A stretch of DNA of 64,000 nt. It comes from an uncultured delta proteobacterium. Lineage in GTDB: Bacteria > Desulfobacterota > Binatia > UBA9968. Within the stretch, counting starts at the first letter, position 1. Every line of letters begins with the position of its first letter. The notes beneath the pieces were generated by a model. It had not been told where the DNA came from, made no database searches, and worked only from the letters and a program-made list of their open reading frames with translations. The stretch covers positions 512,001 to 576,000 of the forward strand of contig CAVSHR010000004.1 of NCBI GenBank assembly GCA_963727625.1. The letters run 5' to 3'. Positions 10,909 to 22,976 of this stretch are shown here, piece after piece. The translations under genes were made by a program, and so were the position numbers.

Positions 10909-11831
10909 GGGGAAACGGTTTCACGGTAATAGGAAGCGGTGTGCTTCAGGCCCTCTGCCAGAGACATTTGCGGGCGCCAACCGAGCACTTCCCCGGCCAG
11001 CCGGGTATCGAGGCAACTGCGTCGCTGCTCGCCCGGCTTGGGCGGACCGTATCGGGCGTCGACGGCGCAGCCCAGCGCTTGGCGTAGATGTTGAAAAACC
11101 GTCACCACATCGGTTTCAACGCCGGTGCCGATATTGACAGCGCCCACGAAAGACGACTGCAACGCCGCCAGATTGGCGGCCACGACATCGCCGACATAAA
11201 CGTAATCGCGCGTTTGCCGGCCGTCGCCGTTGATCGTCGGGGTCTGTCCGGCAAGCAACTGCGATAAAAAAATCGCCACCACGCCGGCCTCACCCTTCGC
11301 CGACTGGCGCGGTCCGTACACGTTGCCGTAACGCAGCGCGATATAGGAGAGCCCAAATGCCAGGCGATAATAAGACAGATAAAGCTCGCCGGCGCGCTTG
11401 CTTACCCCATAGGGACTCGCGGGCCGGGTGAGGTGACCTTCGGGCGCTGGAAACACCTCTTGCTCCCCGTAAACCGCCCCGCCCGAGGAAGCAAAAACAA
11501 CTTTTTTAACGCCGATATTAATGCAGGCCTGCAGCAAATTGATAAAGCCGATGATATTGACCCGAGCATCGAAGGCCGGATCGGCTACCGAATGGCGCAC
11601 ATCCATCTGTGCCGCATGATGGCTCAATACTTCGGGTTTGATTTGTTCGATCAGCTTTACGACCTTAGCCTCGCCGATATCAATACGATGAACCGTCGCT
11701 TTCGGATTTAAATTAATCTCCTGGCCTGTCGAGAAATCGTCCAGGATGTGAACTTCGTGGCCGCGCTCGAGGTATGCATCAACGATTTGCGAAGCGATAA
11801 ATCCAGCGCCGCCCGTAACCGCGATCTTCAT
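10905..11831 (-). CDS. NAD-dependent nucleotide-sugar 4-epimerase (GalE-like)
   Basis: [33 protein letters not shown]. Confidence 0.9.
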   Translation of the reverse strand: MKIAVTGGAGFIASQIVDAYLERGHEVHILDDFSTGQEINLNPKATVHRIDIGEAKVVKLIEQIKPEVLSHHAAQMDVRHSVADPAFDARVNIIGFINLLQACINIGVKKVVFASSGGAVYGEQEVFPAPEGHLTRPASPYGVSKRAGELYLSYYRLAFGLSYIALRYGNVYGPRQSAKGEAGVVAIFLSQLLAGQTPTINGDGRQTRDYVYVGDVVAANLAALQSSFVGAVNIGTGVETDVVTVFQHLRQALGCAVDARYGPPKPGEQRRSCLDTRLAGEVLGWRPQMSLAEGLKHTASYYRETVSP

Positions 11832-12775
11832 CCCCCCGGCTCCGTAAGTTTGGTCCGAAAATATTCGATGGTCTTGATCAGCCCTTCTTCAAGGTCCACC
11901 TTGGGTTCCCAATCGAGAATCTTACGTGCCTTGGTGATATCCGGTTGACGTACCTGTGGATCGTCTTGGGGTAGCGGTTTATTCGCAATCGAGCTCTTCG
12001 AATGCGTCAACTCAATAATTTTTTTTGCAAACTCCAAAACCGTCATCTCGTGGGGATTGCCGATGTTAACGGGCAGATGATGATCCACTTGCAGCAGCTT
12101 TTCGATGCCGACAACAAGGTCGTCGATGTATTGAAAGCTACGCGTTTGTTGCCCTTGGCCGTAAACCGTGAGTGCTTCACCTTTGAGCGCCTGCATGATG
12201 AAATTGGGCACCACGCGGCCGTCCTGCAAACGCATTCGGGGACCGTAGGTGTTGAAAATGCGCACAATGCGAGTATTCAAACCGTGATAGCGATGATACG
12301 CCATGGTGATCGCCTCTGCGAAGCGTTTGGCTTCGTCGTAGACGCCGCGCGGACCGATGGGATTGACATTACCCCAGTATTCTTCGCTTTGCGGCCGAAC
12401 CAGCGGATCGCCGTAAACTTCCGAGGTGGAGGCGAGCAAAAAAACCGCACCCTTGGCCTTTGCCAGGCCGAGCGCGTTATGAGTTCCCAAGGCGCCAACC
12501 TTCAACGTCGGGATCGGCAGCACGAGATAATCCACAGGACTCGCCGGCGAGGCGAAATGGAGGACGTAGTCGAGCGGCTCCGGTACCTCGATGTAGCGGC
12601 TCACGTTGTGGTCGATAAAGCGAAACCGCGGGTTCTTGAGGAAGCCGGCGATGTTTTGTTCAGCGCCGGTCGAATAATTGTCCATGCAGAGTACTTCATG
12701 CCCGTGATTAAGGAATTTCTCACATAGATGGGACCCTATAAAGCCGGCACCGCCAGTCACCAGGTATCTAGCCAT
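11828..12775 (-). CDS. uxs: UDP-glucuronate decarboxylase (UDP-xylose synthase)
   Basis: [42 protein letters not shown]; start reassigned to ATG 12775, overlapping the ugd stop. Confidence 0.9.
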   Translation of the reverse strand: MARYLVTGGAGFIGSHLCEKFLNHGHEVLCMDNYSTGAEQNIAGFLKNPRFRFIDHNVSRYIEVPEPLDYVLHFASPASPVDYLVLPIPTLKVGALGTHNALGLAKAKGAVFLLASTSEVYGDPLVRPQSEEYWGNVNPIGPRGVYDEAKRFAEAITMAYHRYHGLNTRIVRIFNTYGPRMRLQDGRVVPNFIMQALKGEALTVYGQGQQTRSFQYIDDLVVGIEKLLQVDHHLPVNIGNPHEMTVLEFAKKIIELTHSKSSIANKPLPQDDPQVRQPDITKARKILDWEPKVDLEEGLIKTIEYFRTKLTEPGG

Positions 12776-14072
12776 GGTTCCGTCCGATCGAGTAATATTG
12801 GATACCGAGTTTTTGTAAATCCTTAGGATCGTAGATATTGCGGCCATCGAAGATCACCGGTTGTTTGAGCACATTTTTAATGCGCTCAAAATCGGGCCGG
12901 CGAAATTCATTCCATTCCGTCAAGATCAGCAGCGCCGAAGCGCCGTGCAGCGCGTCATAGTTCCTATGGGTGTATTGGACCCGGTCGCCGAAAATTTTTC
13001 TCGCTTCTTCCATCGCTTCAGGATCGAATGCCTGCACGCGAGCGCCCGCCGCGAGCAACAATTCAATCACGGTAATTGCTGGAGCATCGCGCATGTCGTC
13101 GGTGCGCGGCTTGAACGCAAGACCCCAGACGGCAAAGACCAAACCGGACAAGTCAGCACCGAAATGGCGCTTCACCTTTTCGACCAAGAGCCCCTTCTGA
13201 CGCTCGTTAACCTCTTCCACCGCTTTTAGTAGCAATATCTCCGGCTTGTTCGCGCCCATACGGATCATCGCCCGAATGTCCTTCGGGAAACAGGAACCCC
13301 CGTATCCCACGCCGGGAAAAATAAAATGCGGCCCGATTCTGCGATCCAGGCTGATCGCGCGGCGCACTTCGCCGATGTCGGCTTTCAGCTCTTCGCAAAG
13401 CCGCGCCACTTCATTGATGAACGAGATCTTGGTCGCTAGCATGGCATTGGATGCGTACTTACTCATCTCGGCGCTGCGGCTGTCCATAATCAAGATCGGG
13501 TTACCGGTGCGTACAAACGGCTCGTAGAGCTCCTTGACGGTCTCCAGCGCCTCTCCCTGATCGCCGCCCAGGACCACGCGATCAGGCTTCATAAAGTCGT
13601 CGACCGCCGCGCCTTCTTTTAGAAATTCCGGGTTGGAAACCACCGCGAAGGGCTCGGCGGTTTCCTCGGCGATCCATTGCTTGATGCGATCCGCGGTACC
13701 CACCGGCACCGTGCTTTTCGTGACGATAATGCGAAACCCGTCCATCGCCTGGGCAATCCCCTTGGCGGTGGCTTGCACGTAATCGAGATTGGCGTCGCCA
13801 TTGGCACTCTGCGGCGTTCCCACGGCGATAAAAATGATCGGCGACTTTTTTACCGCGTCGGTTAAATCGGTCGTGAACAATAAGCGCTGCTCCGCAGCGT
13901 TGCGCCGAACCATTTCCTCCAGACCGGGCTCGTAAATCGGCACCTTGCCGGAATTCAGAGCGGCGATTTTCTCCGCGTCAATATCGACGCAGAGGACCTC
14001 GTTGCCGCTTTCCGCAAAACAAGTGCCGGCAACCAAGCCGACATAGCCGGTGCCCACCACCGTCAAATTCAT
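12768..14072 (-). CDS. ugd: UDP-glucose 6-dehydrogenase
   Basis: [34 protein letters not shown]. Confidence 0.96.
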   Translation of the reverse strand: MNLTVVGTGYVGLVAGTCFAESGNEVLCVDIDAEKIAALNSGKVPIYEPGLEEMVRRNAAEQRLLFTTDLTDAVKKSPIIFIAVGTPQSANGDANLDYVQATAKGIAQAMDGFRIIVTKSTVPVGTADRIKQWIAEETAEPFAVVSNPEFLKEGAAVDDFMKPDRVVLGGDQGEALETVKELYEPFVRTGNPILIMDSRSAEMSKYASNAMLATKISFINEVARLCEELKADIGEVRRAISLDRRIGPHFIFPGVGYGGSCFPKDIRAMIRMGANKPEILLLKAVEEVNERQKGLLVEKVKRHFGADLSGLVFAVWGLAFKPRTDDMRDAPAITVIELLLAAGARVQAFDPEAMEEARKIFGDRVQYTHRNYDALHGASALLILTEWNEFRRPDFERIKNVLKQPVIFDGRNIYDPKDLQKLGIQYYSIGRNHG

Positions 14073-15022
14073 GACGTTTCCCCCCGCTCCAACACTTCGC
14101 GGACCACGTAGACCGGACGGTCCTGCGACTCGTGATAGGTGCGTGCCAGCATTTCGCCCAGAAGACCCATGGTAACGAATTGAATGCCGATGAAAATCAG
14201 CAAAATTGCCAGCAAGAGCAGCGGCCTGCTGCCAATCTCGAGATCGTAGACCAACTTTTGCACGGTCAAATGAAGCGCGAGCAGGAATCCCGTCAGCCCG
14301 CTGATCACGCCGATGGGGCCGAAGACATGCGCCGGACGGGTTGAATAGCTGCTTAAAAATTTCACCGTGAGCAGATCCAGCACCACCCGCAGGGTCCGGG
14401 AAATGCCGTATTTCGAGGTGCCGTGCAGCCTGGGCCGGTGATTGACTTTGACCTCGACGACTTGCGCGCCGCGCTCGTAAGCGATCGCCGGGATAAACCG
14501 GTGCATTTCACCGTAAAGCCTCAACCCCTTCGCCACCTCTCTGCGCATCGCCTTTAGCGTGCAGCCGTAGTCGTGAAGTTTCACCTTAGTCGTCCACGAT
14601 ATCAGACGATTGGCAATCATTGAAGGCAAGCGCCGGTTGAGAAAAGGGTCCTGGCGATTGAAGCGCCAACCCGCCACCAGATCGTTCCCCTCGTTGATCT
14701 TTTCGAGCAAGGCTGGGATGTCGGCGGGGTCGTTCTGGCCGTCGCCGTCCATCAGCACGACAATCTCGCCTTGGGCGTACGCCAAACCGGCGGCCAGTGC
14801 CGCCGTTTGCCCGAAATTTCGTTTGAGCCGGACCACTTTGAGCGCCGGCTCTTCGACATGCAACCGGCTCAGCACCGCGAAGGTGCCGTCTCTGCTGCCA
14901 TCGTCCACGGCGACGATTTCAAATTTTGTTCCCAATGGCGCCAAAACGCCGCATATTTCGCGCATCAACGGTTCGATGTTTTCTTCTTCGTTGAAAACGG
15001 GGACGACGATGGACAGCTGCAT
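14069..15022 (-). CDS. GT2 polyprenol-phosphate glycosyltransferase (DPM1/ArnC/GtrB-like)
   Basis: VVPVFNEEENI, DDGSRD, RNFGQTAA, MDGDGQNDP, two C-terminal TM helices. Confidence 0.92.
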   Translation of the reverse strand: MQLSIVVPVFNEEENIEPLMREICGVLAPLGTKFEIVAVDDGSRDGTFAVLSRLHVEEPALKVVRLKRNFGQTAALAAGLAYAQGEIVVLMDGDGQNDPADIPALLEKINEGNDLVAGWRFNRQDPFLNRRLPSMIANRLISWTTKVKLHDYGCTLKAMRREVAKGLRLYGEMHRFIPAIAYERGAQVVEVKVNHRPRLHGTSKYGISRTLRVVLDLLTVKFLSSYSTRPAHVFGPIGVISGLTGFLLALHLTVQKLVYDLEIGSRPLLLLAILLIFIGIQFVTMGLLGEMLARTYHESQDRPVYVVREVLERGETS

Positions 15023-15025
15023 CGA

Positions 15026-15931
15026 TCAAGAATGAAAGTCGGTTAACTGAACGAAGCGCTGGTAGCGCTCTTCGATTTCCGCCAGGGACAGGTCGGTAAG
15101 CCGTTTGACGCCGAAATCCTCGACAGTGAACGAGGCGACCACCGAACCGTAAACGATCGCCCGGCGCAGGCCGCCTTGGCTGTGATCGCCGGAGCGCGCC
15201 AGTTGGCCCAAAAAGCCGCCGGCGAAGGAATCGCCCGCGCCGGTCGGGTCGAAAACTTCTTCCAAAGGATACGCGGGGGTAGCAAACATGGAAGAGTCCG
15301 AGAACTGCAAGACACCGTACTCGCCGCGCTTGATCAACACCATCTTCGGGCCCATTCTTAGGATCGCCCGGGCCGCCTTGACGATATTGTCATAGCCGCT
15401 CAACAGCCGCGCTTCGGAATCGTTGATGACCAGAATTTCAATGCGCTGCAAAACCTTCTTCAGCTCTTCGCGGCTCTGGCCGATCCAATGGTCCATGGTA
15501 TCGCAAGCCACCAGTTTGAGCCGTCGAATCTGGTCGAGCACATTCATTTGCATGACCGGGTCGATATTGCCGAGAAAGACATACTCGGCGTCACGATAGC
15601 TCTCCGGCAGTTTCGGCTCGAAGCCGGCTAAAACGTTCAAGTGAAGCTCGAGGGTGTCGCGCAGATTCACGTCCTCGTGATAACGCCCGCGCCAGTGAAA
15701 GGTGTTGCCCTCTGCCCGTTCGATACCGTCGATATCGATGTTTCGCTGCGTGAAAAGATCGAGATAGTCCTGGGGAAAATCCTGGCCGATCACACCGACG
15801 ATACGCACCGGCGCGAAGAAACTCGCGCCCAGGGCAAAGTATGAAGCCGAACCGCCAAGTATGCGCTCGGCGGAGCCAGACGGGGTTTCAATCGAATCAA
15901 AAGCAACCGTTCCAACGACTAAGGCACTCAT
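15026..15931 (-). CDS. PfkB-family sugar/nucleoside kinase
   Basis: GGSASY, DPTGAGDSFAGG; start ATG 15931 overlaps the mtnP stop (ATGA). Confidence 0.92.
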   Translation of the reverse strand: MSALVVGTVAFDSIETPSGSAERILGGSASYFALGASFFAPVRIVGVIGQDFPQDYLDLFTQRNIDIDGIERAEGNTFHWRGRYHEDVNLRDTLELHLNVLAGFEPKLPESYRDAEYVFLGNIDPVMQMNVLDQIRRLKLVACDTMDHWIGQSREELKKVLQRIEILVINDSEARLLSGYDNIVKAARAILRMGPKMVLIKRGEYGVLQFSDSSMFATPAYPLEEVFDPTGAGDSFAGGFLGQLARSGDHSQGGLRRAIVYGSVVASFTVEDFGVKRLTDLSLAEIEERYQRFVQLTDFHS

Positions 15932-16788
15932 ATATATTTTCCGATGATCGGGCGCAGCTCCGCGCGCAGTTTTTTTGGAATCAAGGCGCGTTTTGTGATG
16001 ATAGCATCCTTTAGGGCCGAAGCACATGCGCAACTACGCAGCTCGGTCAATTGCGTCAGCGCGCGCCGGATGGTGCGCTGGGCCAGCTCGACGTTATGCT
16101 TCAAGACCGCCAGCACGTGCTCGATTTCGACGTCGCCCGCGCGATCGTTCCAGCAGTCGTAATCAGTGGCCAGCGCCAGCGTTCCGAAACAAATCTCCGC
16201 CTCGCGCGCCAGTTTCGCTTCCTGAAGATTGGTCATGCCAATCACGTGGGCGTTCCAGCTGCGATACAAGCGCGACTCCGCGCGAGTAGAAAATTGGGGG
16301 CCTTCCATGCACAGGTAGGTGCCGCCGGCGTGCACCGAGACATTCTCGGCTCGCGCCGCATCGACCAGCACGCCGGAAAGGTGCTTGCAGAAAGGGTCCG
16401 CCAGACTCACGTGAGCGACCAACCCTTTGCCGAAGAAAGTGCTGGGGCGCTGCGTGGTCCTGTCGATAAATTGATCCGGCACGACCAAGTGGCCCGGAGC
16501 GATATTCTCTCGCAAGCTGCCTACCGCACTGACCGAGATGATCCGCTCGACGCCGAGTTTCTTCATGGCGAAAATATTGGCGCGAAAGTTGACCTCAGTC
16601 GGTAGGTAGCGGTGTCCCTTGCCGTGGCGCGGCAGGAAGACCAGCTCGGCGTCGCCAAGCCGGCCGCGGATGAGCTTGTCCGATGGTTTACCGAAAGGAG
16701 TCTTGACGACCACTTCGCGCACCCGGCCTATTCCCTCCATTTGGTATAGACCGCTGCCGCCGATAACGCCGATGATGGGTGCCGCCAT
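15928..16788 (-). CDS. mtnP: S-methyl-5'-thioadenosine phosphorylase
   Basis: IGVIGGSGLY, RHGKGH, EGPQFSTRAES, GMTNLQEAKLAREAE, TDYDCW. Confidence 0.95.
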   Translation of the reverse strand: MAAPIIGVIGGSGLYQMEGIGRVREVVVKTPFGKPSDKLIRGRLGDAELVFLPRHGKGHRYLPTEVNFRANIFAMKKLGVERIISVSAVGSLRENIAPGHLVVPDQFIDRTTQRPSTFFGKGLVAHVSLADPFCKHLSGVLVDAARAENVSVHAGGTYLCMEGPQFSTRAESRLYRSWNAHVIGMTNLQEAKLAREAEICFGTLALATDYDCWNDRAGDVEIEHVLAVLKHNVELAQRTIRRALTQLTELRSCACASALKDAIITKRALIPKKLRAELRPIIGKYI

Positions 16789-16795
16789 TGATGAA

Positions 16796-17878
16796 TTAAA
16801 GCACGTCGACGGCGACCGTGGTGCCGCGTCGCATCCGCTCCGTCTCCTCGCCTTGAAGTTGGCCACAGGCCGCTTGGATGTCGTCGCCGCGCGGGCGGCG
16901 CAGGTTGATCTGCACGCCGGCGTCGCGCAGCGTGGCTTGAAAACGTTCGATCTGCTCGGGGGTGGGCCGCGCAAAACCGCTGCCGGGATGCGGATTGAAG
17001 GGAATCACGTTGATCTTGCTGGGAACCCCGCGAAGCAGCCGGGCAAGCTGGCGCGCCTGCTGTTCCGAATCGTTGATCCCGCCAAGCAAAACATATTCGA
17101 AGGTAATGCGCTGGCGCCGCGGCATCGATAGCGCGCGGCAGCACTCGAGCAGCTCCGCCAGCGGATACTTACGGTTGACCGGCATCAGCGAGCCGCGCAA
17201 TGTATCGTCCGGGGCATGCAGCGAGACCGCTAAATTGACCCGCGTTTCTTCCATGAGTTTTTGGATCTGCGGCACCAATCCCACCGTGGAAAGCGTCACC
17301 CGGCGCGGCGAAATGCCGAGCCCCCAGTCGCCATTGTTGATTATTTCCAGCGCCTTGAGGGTTTGCGAATAATTCGCCAACGGCTCGCCCATGCCCATAA
17401 GCACGATATGGGTGATGCGCTGCTCGCCTGCCAAGGCACGGCTCGCTTCGAGAATCTGGTCAACGATTTCACTGGCGGTCAAATTGCGCGTCAATCCCAA
17501 TGTCGCAGTGGCGCAAAAAGCGCAGCCGAAACCGCAGCCGGCCTGGGTTGAAATGCACAGCGTCAGGCGGCGCGCTTCGGGAATCAGCACGCTCTCGATG
17601 CTCGCGCCGTCGGCCAGACCGAAAAGAAATTTCACCGTGCCGTCGGCCGATTCGGCCCGGCGCAAGGTCTCGAGCCGGCCAATGGTAAAGCTTGCCGCCA
17701 GCTGGTCACGCAATGGGCGCGACAAATTGGTCATCTCGCCAAACTCTGTAGCGCGTTTGTGAAACAGCCACTGACGAATTTGCTTGACGCGAAAGGCGGG
17801 CTGTTTGCATTGGCTCAAAAAGGCCGACAACTCGTTGAAGCTCAGTGCTTTAATGTTGGGCTTCACCGCTAAATCCAA
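16796..17878 (-). CDS. rlmN: Dual-specificity RNA methyltransferase RlmN (start approximate)
   Basis: CISTQAGCGFGCAFC radical-SAM motif, MGMGEP, DIQAACGQL. Confidence 0.96.
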   Translation of the reverse strand: MDLAVKPNIKALSFNELSAFLSQCKQPAFRVKQIRQWLFHKRATEFGEMTNLSRPLRDQLAASFTIGRLETLRRAESADGTVKFLFGLADGASIESVLIPEARRLTLCISTQAGCGFGCAFCATATLGLTRNLTASEIVDQILEASRALAGEQRITHIVLMGMGEPLANYSQTLKALEIINNGDWGLGISPRRVTLSTVGLVPQIQKLMEETRVNLAVSLHAPDDTLRGSLMPVNRKYPLAELLECCRALSMPRRQRITFEYVLLGGINDSEQQARQLARLLRGVPSKINVIPFNPHPGSGFARPTPEQIERFQATLRDAGVQINLRRPRGDDIQAACGQLQGEETERMRRGTTVAVDVL

Positions 17879-17906
17879 CCGCTCGGAGTTGGACGCTACT
17901 GCGAGT

Positions 17907-18326
17907 TTAGAAAATTTCGTCGGGTCTGAAAAAGAATGCAATTTCATTGGCCGCGGTCTCCGGACCGTCCGATCCGTGCACCGCATTTTGTTCGACGTCG
18001 TTGCCCCAGTCTTTACGAATCGTGCCCGGCGCAGCCTTGGCCGGATCGGTGGCGCCCATAATCTCGCGATTTTTCAATATCGCATTTTCGCCGTCGAGCA
18101 CCGAAACGAAGATCGGCCCGGAGGACATGTAGGCGCACAAGCTCGCAAAAAACGGCCGCTCCTTGTGCACCGCATAGAACGATTGGGCTCGCTCAGGGGT
18201 CAATCTTAAAAGCTTCCCGGCGGCGACTTTTAGCCCCCGGGATTCGAATCGGCGGAGGATTTCACCGATTAGATTTCTTCCCACCGCGTCGGGCTTGATG
18301 ATCGACAAGGTTTTCTCTACGCTCAT
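17907..18326 (-). CDS. ndk: Nucleoside diphosphate kinase
   Basis: [17 protein letters not shown]. Confidence 0.98.
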   Translation of the reverse strand: MSVEKTLSIIKPDAVGRNLIGEILRRFESRGLKVAAGKLLRLTPERAQSFYAVHKERPFFASLCAYMSSGPIFVSVLDGENAILKNREIMGATDPAKAAPGTIRKDWGNDVEQNAVHGSDGPETAANEIAFFFRPDEIF

Positions 18327-19198
18327 GACTTTGCTAAAGCCTCCTGCATCGTGCGGCCAATGGTCGCCGGCGACGACGCCATGCGAATCCCGGCCCGTTT
18401 CATCGCTTCAATTTTCTCTTTGGCGGTGCCTTTGCCGCCGGAAATGATCGCGCCGGCGTGGCCCATGCGTTTGCCCGGCGGCGCGGTCTGTCCCGCTATG
18501 AAACCCACTACGGGTTTTTTCATATGCGCCTCGATCCAAGCCGCCGCTTCTTCTTCGGCACTGCCACCGATTTCGCCGATCATGACCACGGCCTCAGTAC
18601 CCGCGTCTTGATCGAACATCTTCAACACGTCGATAAATTCGAAGCCATGCACCGGGTCACCGCCGATGCCGACGCAGGTCGATTGTCCCATGCCCAAGCG
18701 CGTCAGTTGATCCACCGCTTCGTAAGTCAAAGTCCCGCTACGCGATACCACGCCGATGGTTCCTGGTTTGTGAATATGCCCGGGCATGATGCCGATCTTG
18801 CATTCGCCCGGGGTAATCGTGCCAGGGCAATTCGGGCCCAGCAGTTCCGACTTCCGGCCGGCGAGGTAGCGTTTTACTTTGACCATGTCGCGTACCGGCA
18901 CGCCCTCGGTGATACAAATGATTAAGGGGATATCTGCGTCGGCCGCTTCAAGGATCGCGTCCGCAGCAAACGGCGGCGGCACATAAATAACCGTCGCGTT
19001 CGCTTCGGTCTCCTTAACCGCTCGCTGCACCGTGTCGAAAATCGGGATGCCCTCATAGCGCATGCCGCCTTTGCCCGGCGTCACGCCGCCGACCATCTGA
19101 GTGCCGTATTCTCTACACGCCTTAGTGTGGAACTGTCCGGTCGCGCCGGTGATCCCCTGGGTCAAGACTCGCGTTTGCTTGTTCACTAGAATCGACAT
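18323..19198 (-). CDS. sucD: Succinyl-CoA synthetase alpha subunit
   Basis: [27 protein letters not shown]. Confidence 0.98.
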   Translation of the reverse strand: MSILVNKQTRVLTQGITGATGQFHTKACREYGTQMVGGVTPGKGGMRYEGIPIFDTVQRAVKETEANATVIYVPPPFAADAILEAADADIPLIICITEGVPVRDMVKVKRYLAGRKSELLGPNCPGTITPGECKIGIMPGHIHKPGTIGVVSRSGTLTYEAVDQLTRLGMGQSTCVGIGGDPVHGFEFIDVLKMFDQDAGTEAVVMIGEIGGSAEEEAAAWIEAHMKKPVVGFIAGQTAPPGKRMGHAGAIISGGKGTAKEKIEAMKRAGIRMASSPATIGRTMQEALAKS

Positions 19199-19209
19199 CG
19201 TTTTATTCA

Positions 19210-19314
19210 GGATTTCGGATCTTGGTCATTCGCTTCCCGAAAATAGAAAGACCTGTCATACAACGAAGCAACGTGACTTCCCGAATTCAAAATCGCAAAT
19301 CCAAGATCTAAAAT
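19210..19314. repeat. Degenerate heptamer-repeat inverted element in the sucC-sucD gap
   Basis: Left arm GGATTTC GGATCTT GGTCATT; right arm CCGAATT CAAAATC GCAAATC CAAGATC TAAAAT; GATCTTGG and CCAAGATC are complementary. Confidence 0.6.
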
Positions 19315-20474
19315 TACTTTACCGCTTGCACGATCTTTTCCGCCGCTTCAGCCATGGTCTCCGCGGCAATAATCGCCAAGTCCGATTCGGCGAGGATTTG
19401 TTTGCCGATTTCGACGTTGGTGCCCTGCATTCTGACCACCAGCGGAACCGTGATGTTGAGCTCGCGCGCCGCCTCGACGACGCCTTGAGCCAAAACATCG
19501 CAGCGCATAATGCCGCCGAATATGTTGATCAGCACGCCGCGTACCCGCGGGTCGGCAAGGAGAATACGAAACGCTTGGGCCACTTTTTCTTTGTCGGCGC
19601 CACCGCCGACGTCGAGGAAATTGGCGGGCTCGCCGCCGTACAGCTTGATGATATCCATGGTCGCCATTGCCAGACCGGCGCCGTTGACCATGCAGGCGAT
19701 ATTGCCGTCAAGCGAGATATAGGAGAGATCGTATTTGCTCGCTTCGACTTCGCGCGGATCTTCTTCGTGCAGATCGCGCAACGCCAGGATTTCCTTTTGC
19801 CTGAAGAAAGCGTTGCTGTCGAAATTCATCTTGGCGTCGAGGGCCATGACCCGACCTTCCTTGGTGATGATCAGCGGATTGATTTCCGCAAGTGACGCGT
19901 CGCACTGTTCAAACGCGTCGTAAAGCCCCTGCATAACGACGGTCATCTTGCCGGCCGCTTCCAGGGGAACACCCAACGCGTAGGCCAGGCGCCGGCATTG
20001 AAAACCCGCCAAGCCGATCACCGGATCGACGGTTTCTCTGAGTATTTTTTCCGGATGATTCGCAGCGACTTCTTCGATCTCGACGCCGCCCTCCGAAGAG
20101 CAGATGACACCGACACGCGACTGCGCCCGATCGAGCACCATGGCCAGGTAAAGCTCGCGCTCTATATTGAGTCCCTGTTCGATCAGAACCCGACGAACTT
20201 CTCTTCCCTCCGGTCCGGTCTGATGGGTGACCAGCTTCTTGCCGAGCATTTCGCGCGCTTTGGCGGCCGCTTCCTCTGCGCTTTTGACGACCTTGACGCC
20301 ACCGCCCTTGCCCCGACCGCCGGCGTGAATCTGCGCTTTAACCACGCATACGCCCCCGCCGAGCTTCGCCGCGGCTATTTTGGCTTCGTCAGGAGTCGAA
20401 GCGATAAGACCGCGCGGCACGGGTACGCCGAAACGCTTGAGTATTTCCTTGGCTTGGAATTCGTGAATGTTCAT
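19314..20474 (-). CDS. sucC: Succinyl-CoA synthetase beta subunit
   Basis: [41 protein letters not shown]. Confidence 0.98.
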   Translation of the reverse strand: MNIHEFQAKEILKRFGVPVPRGLIASTPDEAKIAAAKLGGGVCVVKAQIHAGGRGKGGGVKVVKSAEEAAAKAREMLGKKLVTHQTGPEGREVRRVLIEQGLNIERELYLAMVLDRAQSRVGVICSSEGGVEIEEVAANHPEKILRETVDPVIGLAGFQCRRLAYALGVPLEAAGKMTVVMQGLYDAFEQCDASLAEINPLIITKEGRVMALDAKMNFDSNAFFRQKEILALRDLHEEDPREVEASKYDLSYISLDGNIACMVNGAGLAMATMDIIKLYGGEPANFLDVGGGADKEKVAQAFRILLADPRVRGVLINIFGGIMRCDVLAQGVVEAARELNITVPLVVRMQGTNVEIGKQILAESDLAIIAAETMAEAAEKIVQAVK

Positions 20475-20489
20475 CGATCTAAGGCCATC

Positions 20490-20533
20490 AAAAAATGAGA
20501 CCCTAAACTAAGCGAATGGTCTCAGGGTCTCAT
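20490..20533 (-). terminator. Terminator/attenuator-like hairpin between mdh and sucC
   Basis: AUGAGACCCU / 19-nt loop / AGGGUCUCAU followed by UUUUU on the minus strand. Confidence 0.7.
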
Positions 20534-20552
20534 CGATCGAACTTTTGCTCGA

Positions 20553-21497
20553 CTAGGCGACGCCCAAGACGCGGTTCATCGCCTGTACGATATTTTTAAC
20601 GTGATTGAGCGATTCATCGAAGGCCTTCTTGTCCGCGGCATTGAGATTGATGTCGATGACCTTCTCAACCCCGCCGGCACCGATCAAGACCGGCACGCAA
20701 AAATAAAAACCGCTTACGCCGTACTCCCCTTCAAGCAGGGCGGCACAAGGCAGAATCTCCTTCTTGTCGAAAAGATAAGCCTCGGTCATTTGAATGGCTG
20801 CAGACGCAGGTGAAAAATAGGCCGAGCCGGTCTTCAAGAGCGCAACGACTTCGCCGCCGGCGTTGCGTACGCGCGCTTCGATTTCTTCCAGCCGTTTCGA
20901 CGGGATCAACTTCTCGACGGGCACGCCGCCGGCGAGGCAGGAGCTGCGCACCGGGACCATATCGTCGCCGTGTCCACCCAACACCATCGCCTGCACACTC
21001 TTAACCGAAACCTTGAGCTCTTTCGCAATGAAGGAACGATAACGCGAAGAATCGAGAATTCCCGATTGACCCACGACGCGGTTTTTCGGAAAGCCGAGAG
21101 CGCGCTGCAACAAGGTGACCATCGCATCGAGCGGATTCGTTATAACGATCACGAACGAGTTGGGCGCATGTTTCTTGATCCCGTCCGCAACCGAAGTAAG
21201 GATCTTGGCGTTGGTGCCGAGCAAGTCGTCACGGCTCATACCCGGCTTACGCGCGATTCCCGCGGTAACGATGCAAACATCGGCGCCCTCGATGTCTTCG
21301 TATTGGTTGGTGCCAATCACGTTGCCGTCAAAACCCTCCACTGGTCCGGCGTGAGAAAGGTCGAGCGCTTTGCCCTGCGGCAAGCCCTCGACCACATCAA
21401 ACAACACCACATCTCCGAGCCCCTTTAAAAGCGCCAGATGGGCCATCGACCCGCCAATGTTGCCCGCGCCAATTAATGCAATTTTCTTCCTTGCCAT
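20553..21497 (-). CDS. mdh: Malate dehydrogenase (LDH-like)
   Basis: [30 protein letters not shown]. Confidence 0.97.
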   Translation of the reverse strand: MARKKIALIGAGNIGGSMAHLALLKGLGDVVLFDVVEGLPQGKALDLSHAGPVEGFDGNVIGTNQYEDIEGADVCIVTAGIARKPGMSRDDLLGTNAKILTSVADGIKKHAPNSFVIVITNPLDAMVTLLQRALGFPKNRVVGQSGILDSSRYRSFIAKELKVSVKSVQAMVLGGHGDDMVPVRSSCLAGGVPVEKLIPSKRLEEIEARVRNAGGEVVALLKTGSAYFSPASAAIQMTEAYLFDKKEILPCAALLEGEYGVSGFYFCVPVLIGAGGVEKVIDINLNAADKKAFDESLNHVKNIVQAMNRVLGVA

Positions 21498-21554
21498 AAA
21501 TTCCTCTGATCTGAATAGTCTAACATTTAACGCACCGATGACGCCGTGCCGAAT

Positions 21555-22961
21555 TTACATATTCGCGATAATCGCATCGCCAAACCCCGAGCAACTGACC
21601 AGCGTCGCGCCCGGCATTAGCCGCTCGAAATCGTACGTCACTGTCTTGGCATTGACCGCGCCTTCGATGCCCTTGATGATAAGATCCGCCGCTTCAGACC
21701 ATCCCATGTACCGCAGCATCATCTCCCCGGAGAGAATCACCGATCCGGGATTGACTTTATCGAGATCGGCGTATTTGGGCGCCGTGCCGTGGGTGGCCTC
21801 GAAGACCGCGTGGCCGCTGTTATAATTGATATTGGCGCCCGGCGCGATGCCGATGCCACCGACCTGCGCCGCCAGTGCGTCGGAGAGATAATCACCGTTC
21901 AAGTTCATCGTCGCGATCACGTCGTAGTCCCTCGGCCGAATGAGTGAGAACTGAAAAGTAACGTCGGCGATCGAATCTTTTATCAGCAGTTTTTTCTTCC
22001 ACTTGCCGTCGCCATGGGTCGGCCAGAGCTTGAGCGCCTCTTCGACTTCCTTTTTGATGTCATTCTGCTGGTCCCGCGACATCATGTCGAAGCCGGGGTC
22101 GATCGCTTTGGCGTTATCCTCAACGCTGATCTTGGGATTGGCTTCTTTATTGCCCAAGATCCACGACTCGCGTTCACTGACGGTCTCGTTGCGAAACTCA
22201 CGCTTGGCCAGGGCGTAACCCCAATCCTTGAACGCGCCCTCGGTGTACTTCATGATGTTGCCTTTGTGCACGAGGTTGATGTTCTTGCGCTTATTCGCCA
22301 GCGACCATTGAATCGCCGCGCGCACCAATCGCTCTGTGCCCTCAACGGAAACCGGCTTGAGCGCGATCCCCGCCGTATCGGGAAAGCGAATCTTCGCATA
22401 TTCTTTGGGAAAGTTTTCTTTGAGAAAGGACTTGAACTTCTTGTTCTCTTCGGTCCCGTTGATGAACTCGATGCCCGTATAAATATCTTCGGTATTCTCT
22501 CGAAAGATCACCATGTCCACGTATTCCGGATGCTTGACCGGGGACGGCACACCGTTGAAATAGCGCACCGGACGCAGGCAAACGTAGAGGTCGAGCAAGA
22601 TACGGAGTGAAACGTTCAATGAGCGAAAGCCGCCGCCGATCGGAGTCGTGAGCGGGCCCTTGATGCCCACAAGGAATTCGGTAAACGCCTGGACGGTTTC
22701 GTCTGGCAGCCAATTCTTGAACTGCCTGAATGACTTCTCGCCGGCGTAGATTTCCATCCAGTGAATTTTCTTTTTGCCCTTGTAGGCCTTTTCCACAGCC
22801 GCGTCGAACACGCGAACCGACGCGCGCCAAATGTCGCGGCCGGTACCGTCGCCTTCGATGAATGGGATGATCGGATTATCGGGAACCTGAAGTTGCTTGT
22901 TGGCTCCCATGGTGATCTTGGCGCCATCCTTCGGGACTTTTACCACTTTGTACTCTGCCAT
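21555..22961 (-). CDS. icd: NADP-dependent isocitrate dehydrogenase with a ~55-aa insertion
   Basis: [38 protein letters not shown]. Confidence 0.97.
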   Translation of the reverse strand: MAEYKVVKVPKDGAKITMGANKQLQVPDNPIIPFIEGDGTGRDIWRASVRVFDAAVEKAYKGKKKIHWMEIYAGEKSFRQFKNWLPDETVQAFTEFLVGIKGPLTTPIGGGFRSLNVSLRILLDLYVCLRPVRYFNGVPSPVKHPEYVDMVIFRENTEDIYTGIEFINGTEENKKFKSFLKENFPKEYAKIRFPDTAGIALKPVSVEGTERLVRAAIQWSLANKRKNINLVHKGNIMKYTEGAFKDWGYALAKREFRNETVSERESWILGNKEANPKISVEDNAKAIDPGFDMMSRDQQNDIKKEVEEALKLWPTHGDGKWKKKLLIKDSIADVTFQFSLIRPRDYDVIATMNLNGDYLSDALAAQVGGIGIAPGANINYNSGHAVFEATHGTAPKYADLDKVNPGSVILSGEMMLRYMGWSEAADLIIKGIEGAVNAKTVTYDFERLMPGATLVSCSGFGDAIIANM

Positions 22962-22976
22962 GTTCTCCTCATGTGC

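Noticed and set aside
15931-17986. Long N-terminal extensions in the ORF track for pfkB, mtnP and rlmN (also uxs, fusA2, coaX, the amidohydrolase and PCD)
   Set aside because: The extensions overlap upstream genes and precede the family-typical N-termini, so starts were reassigned.
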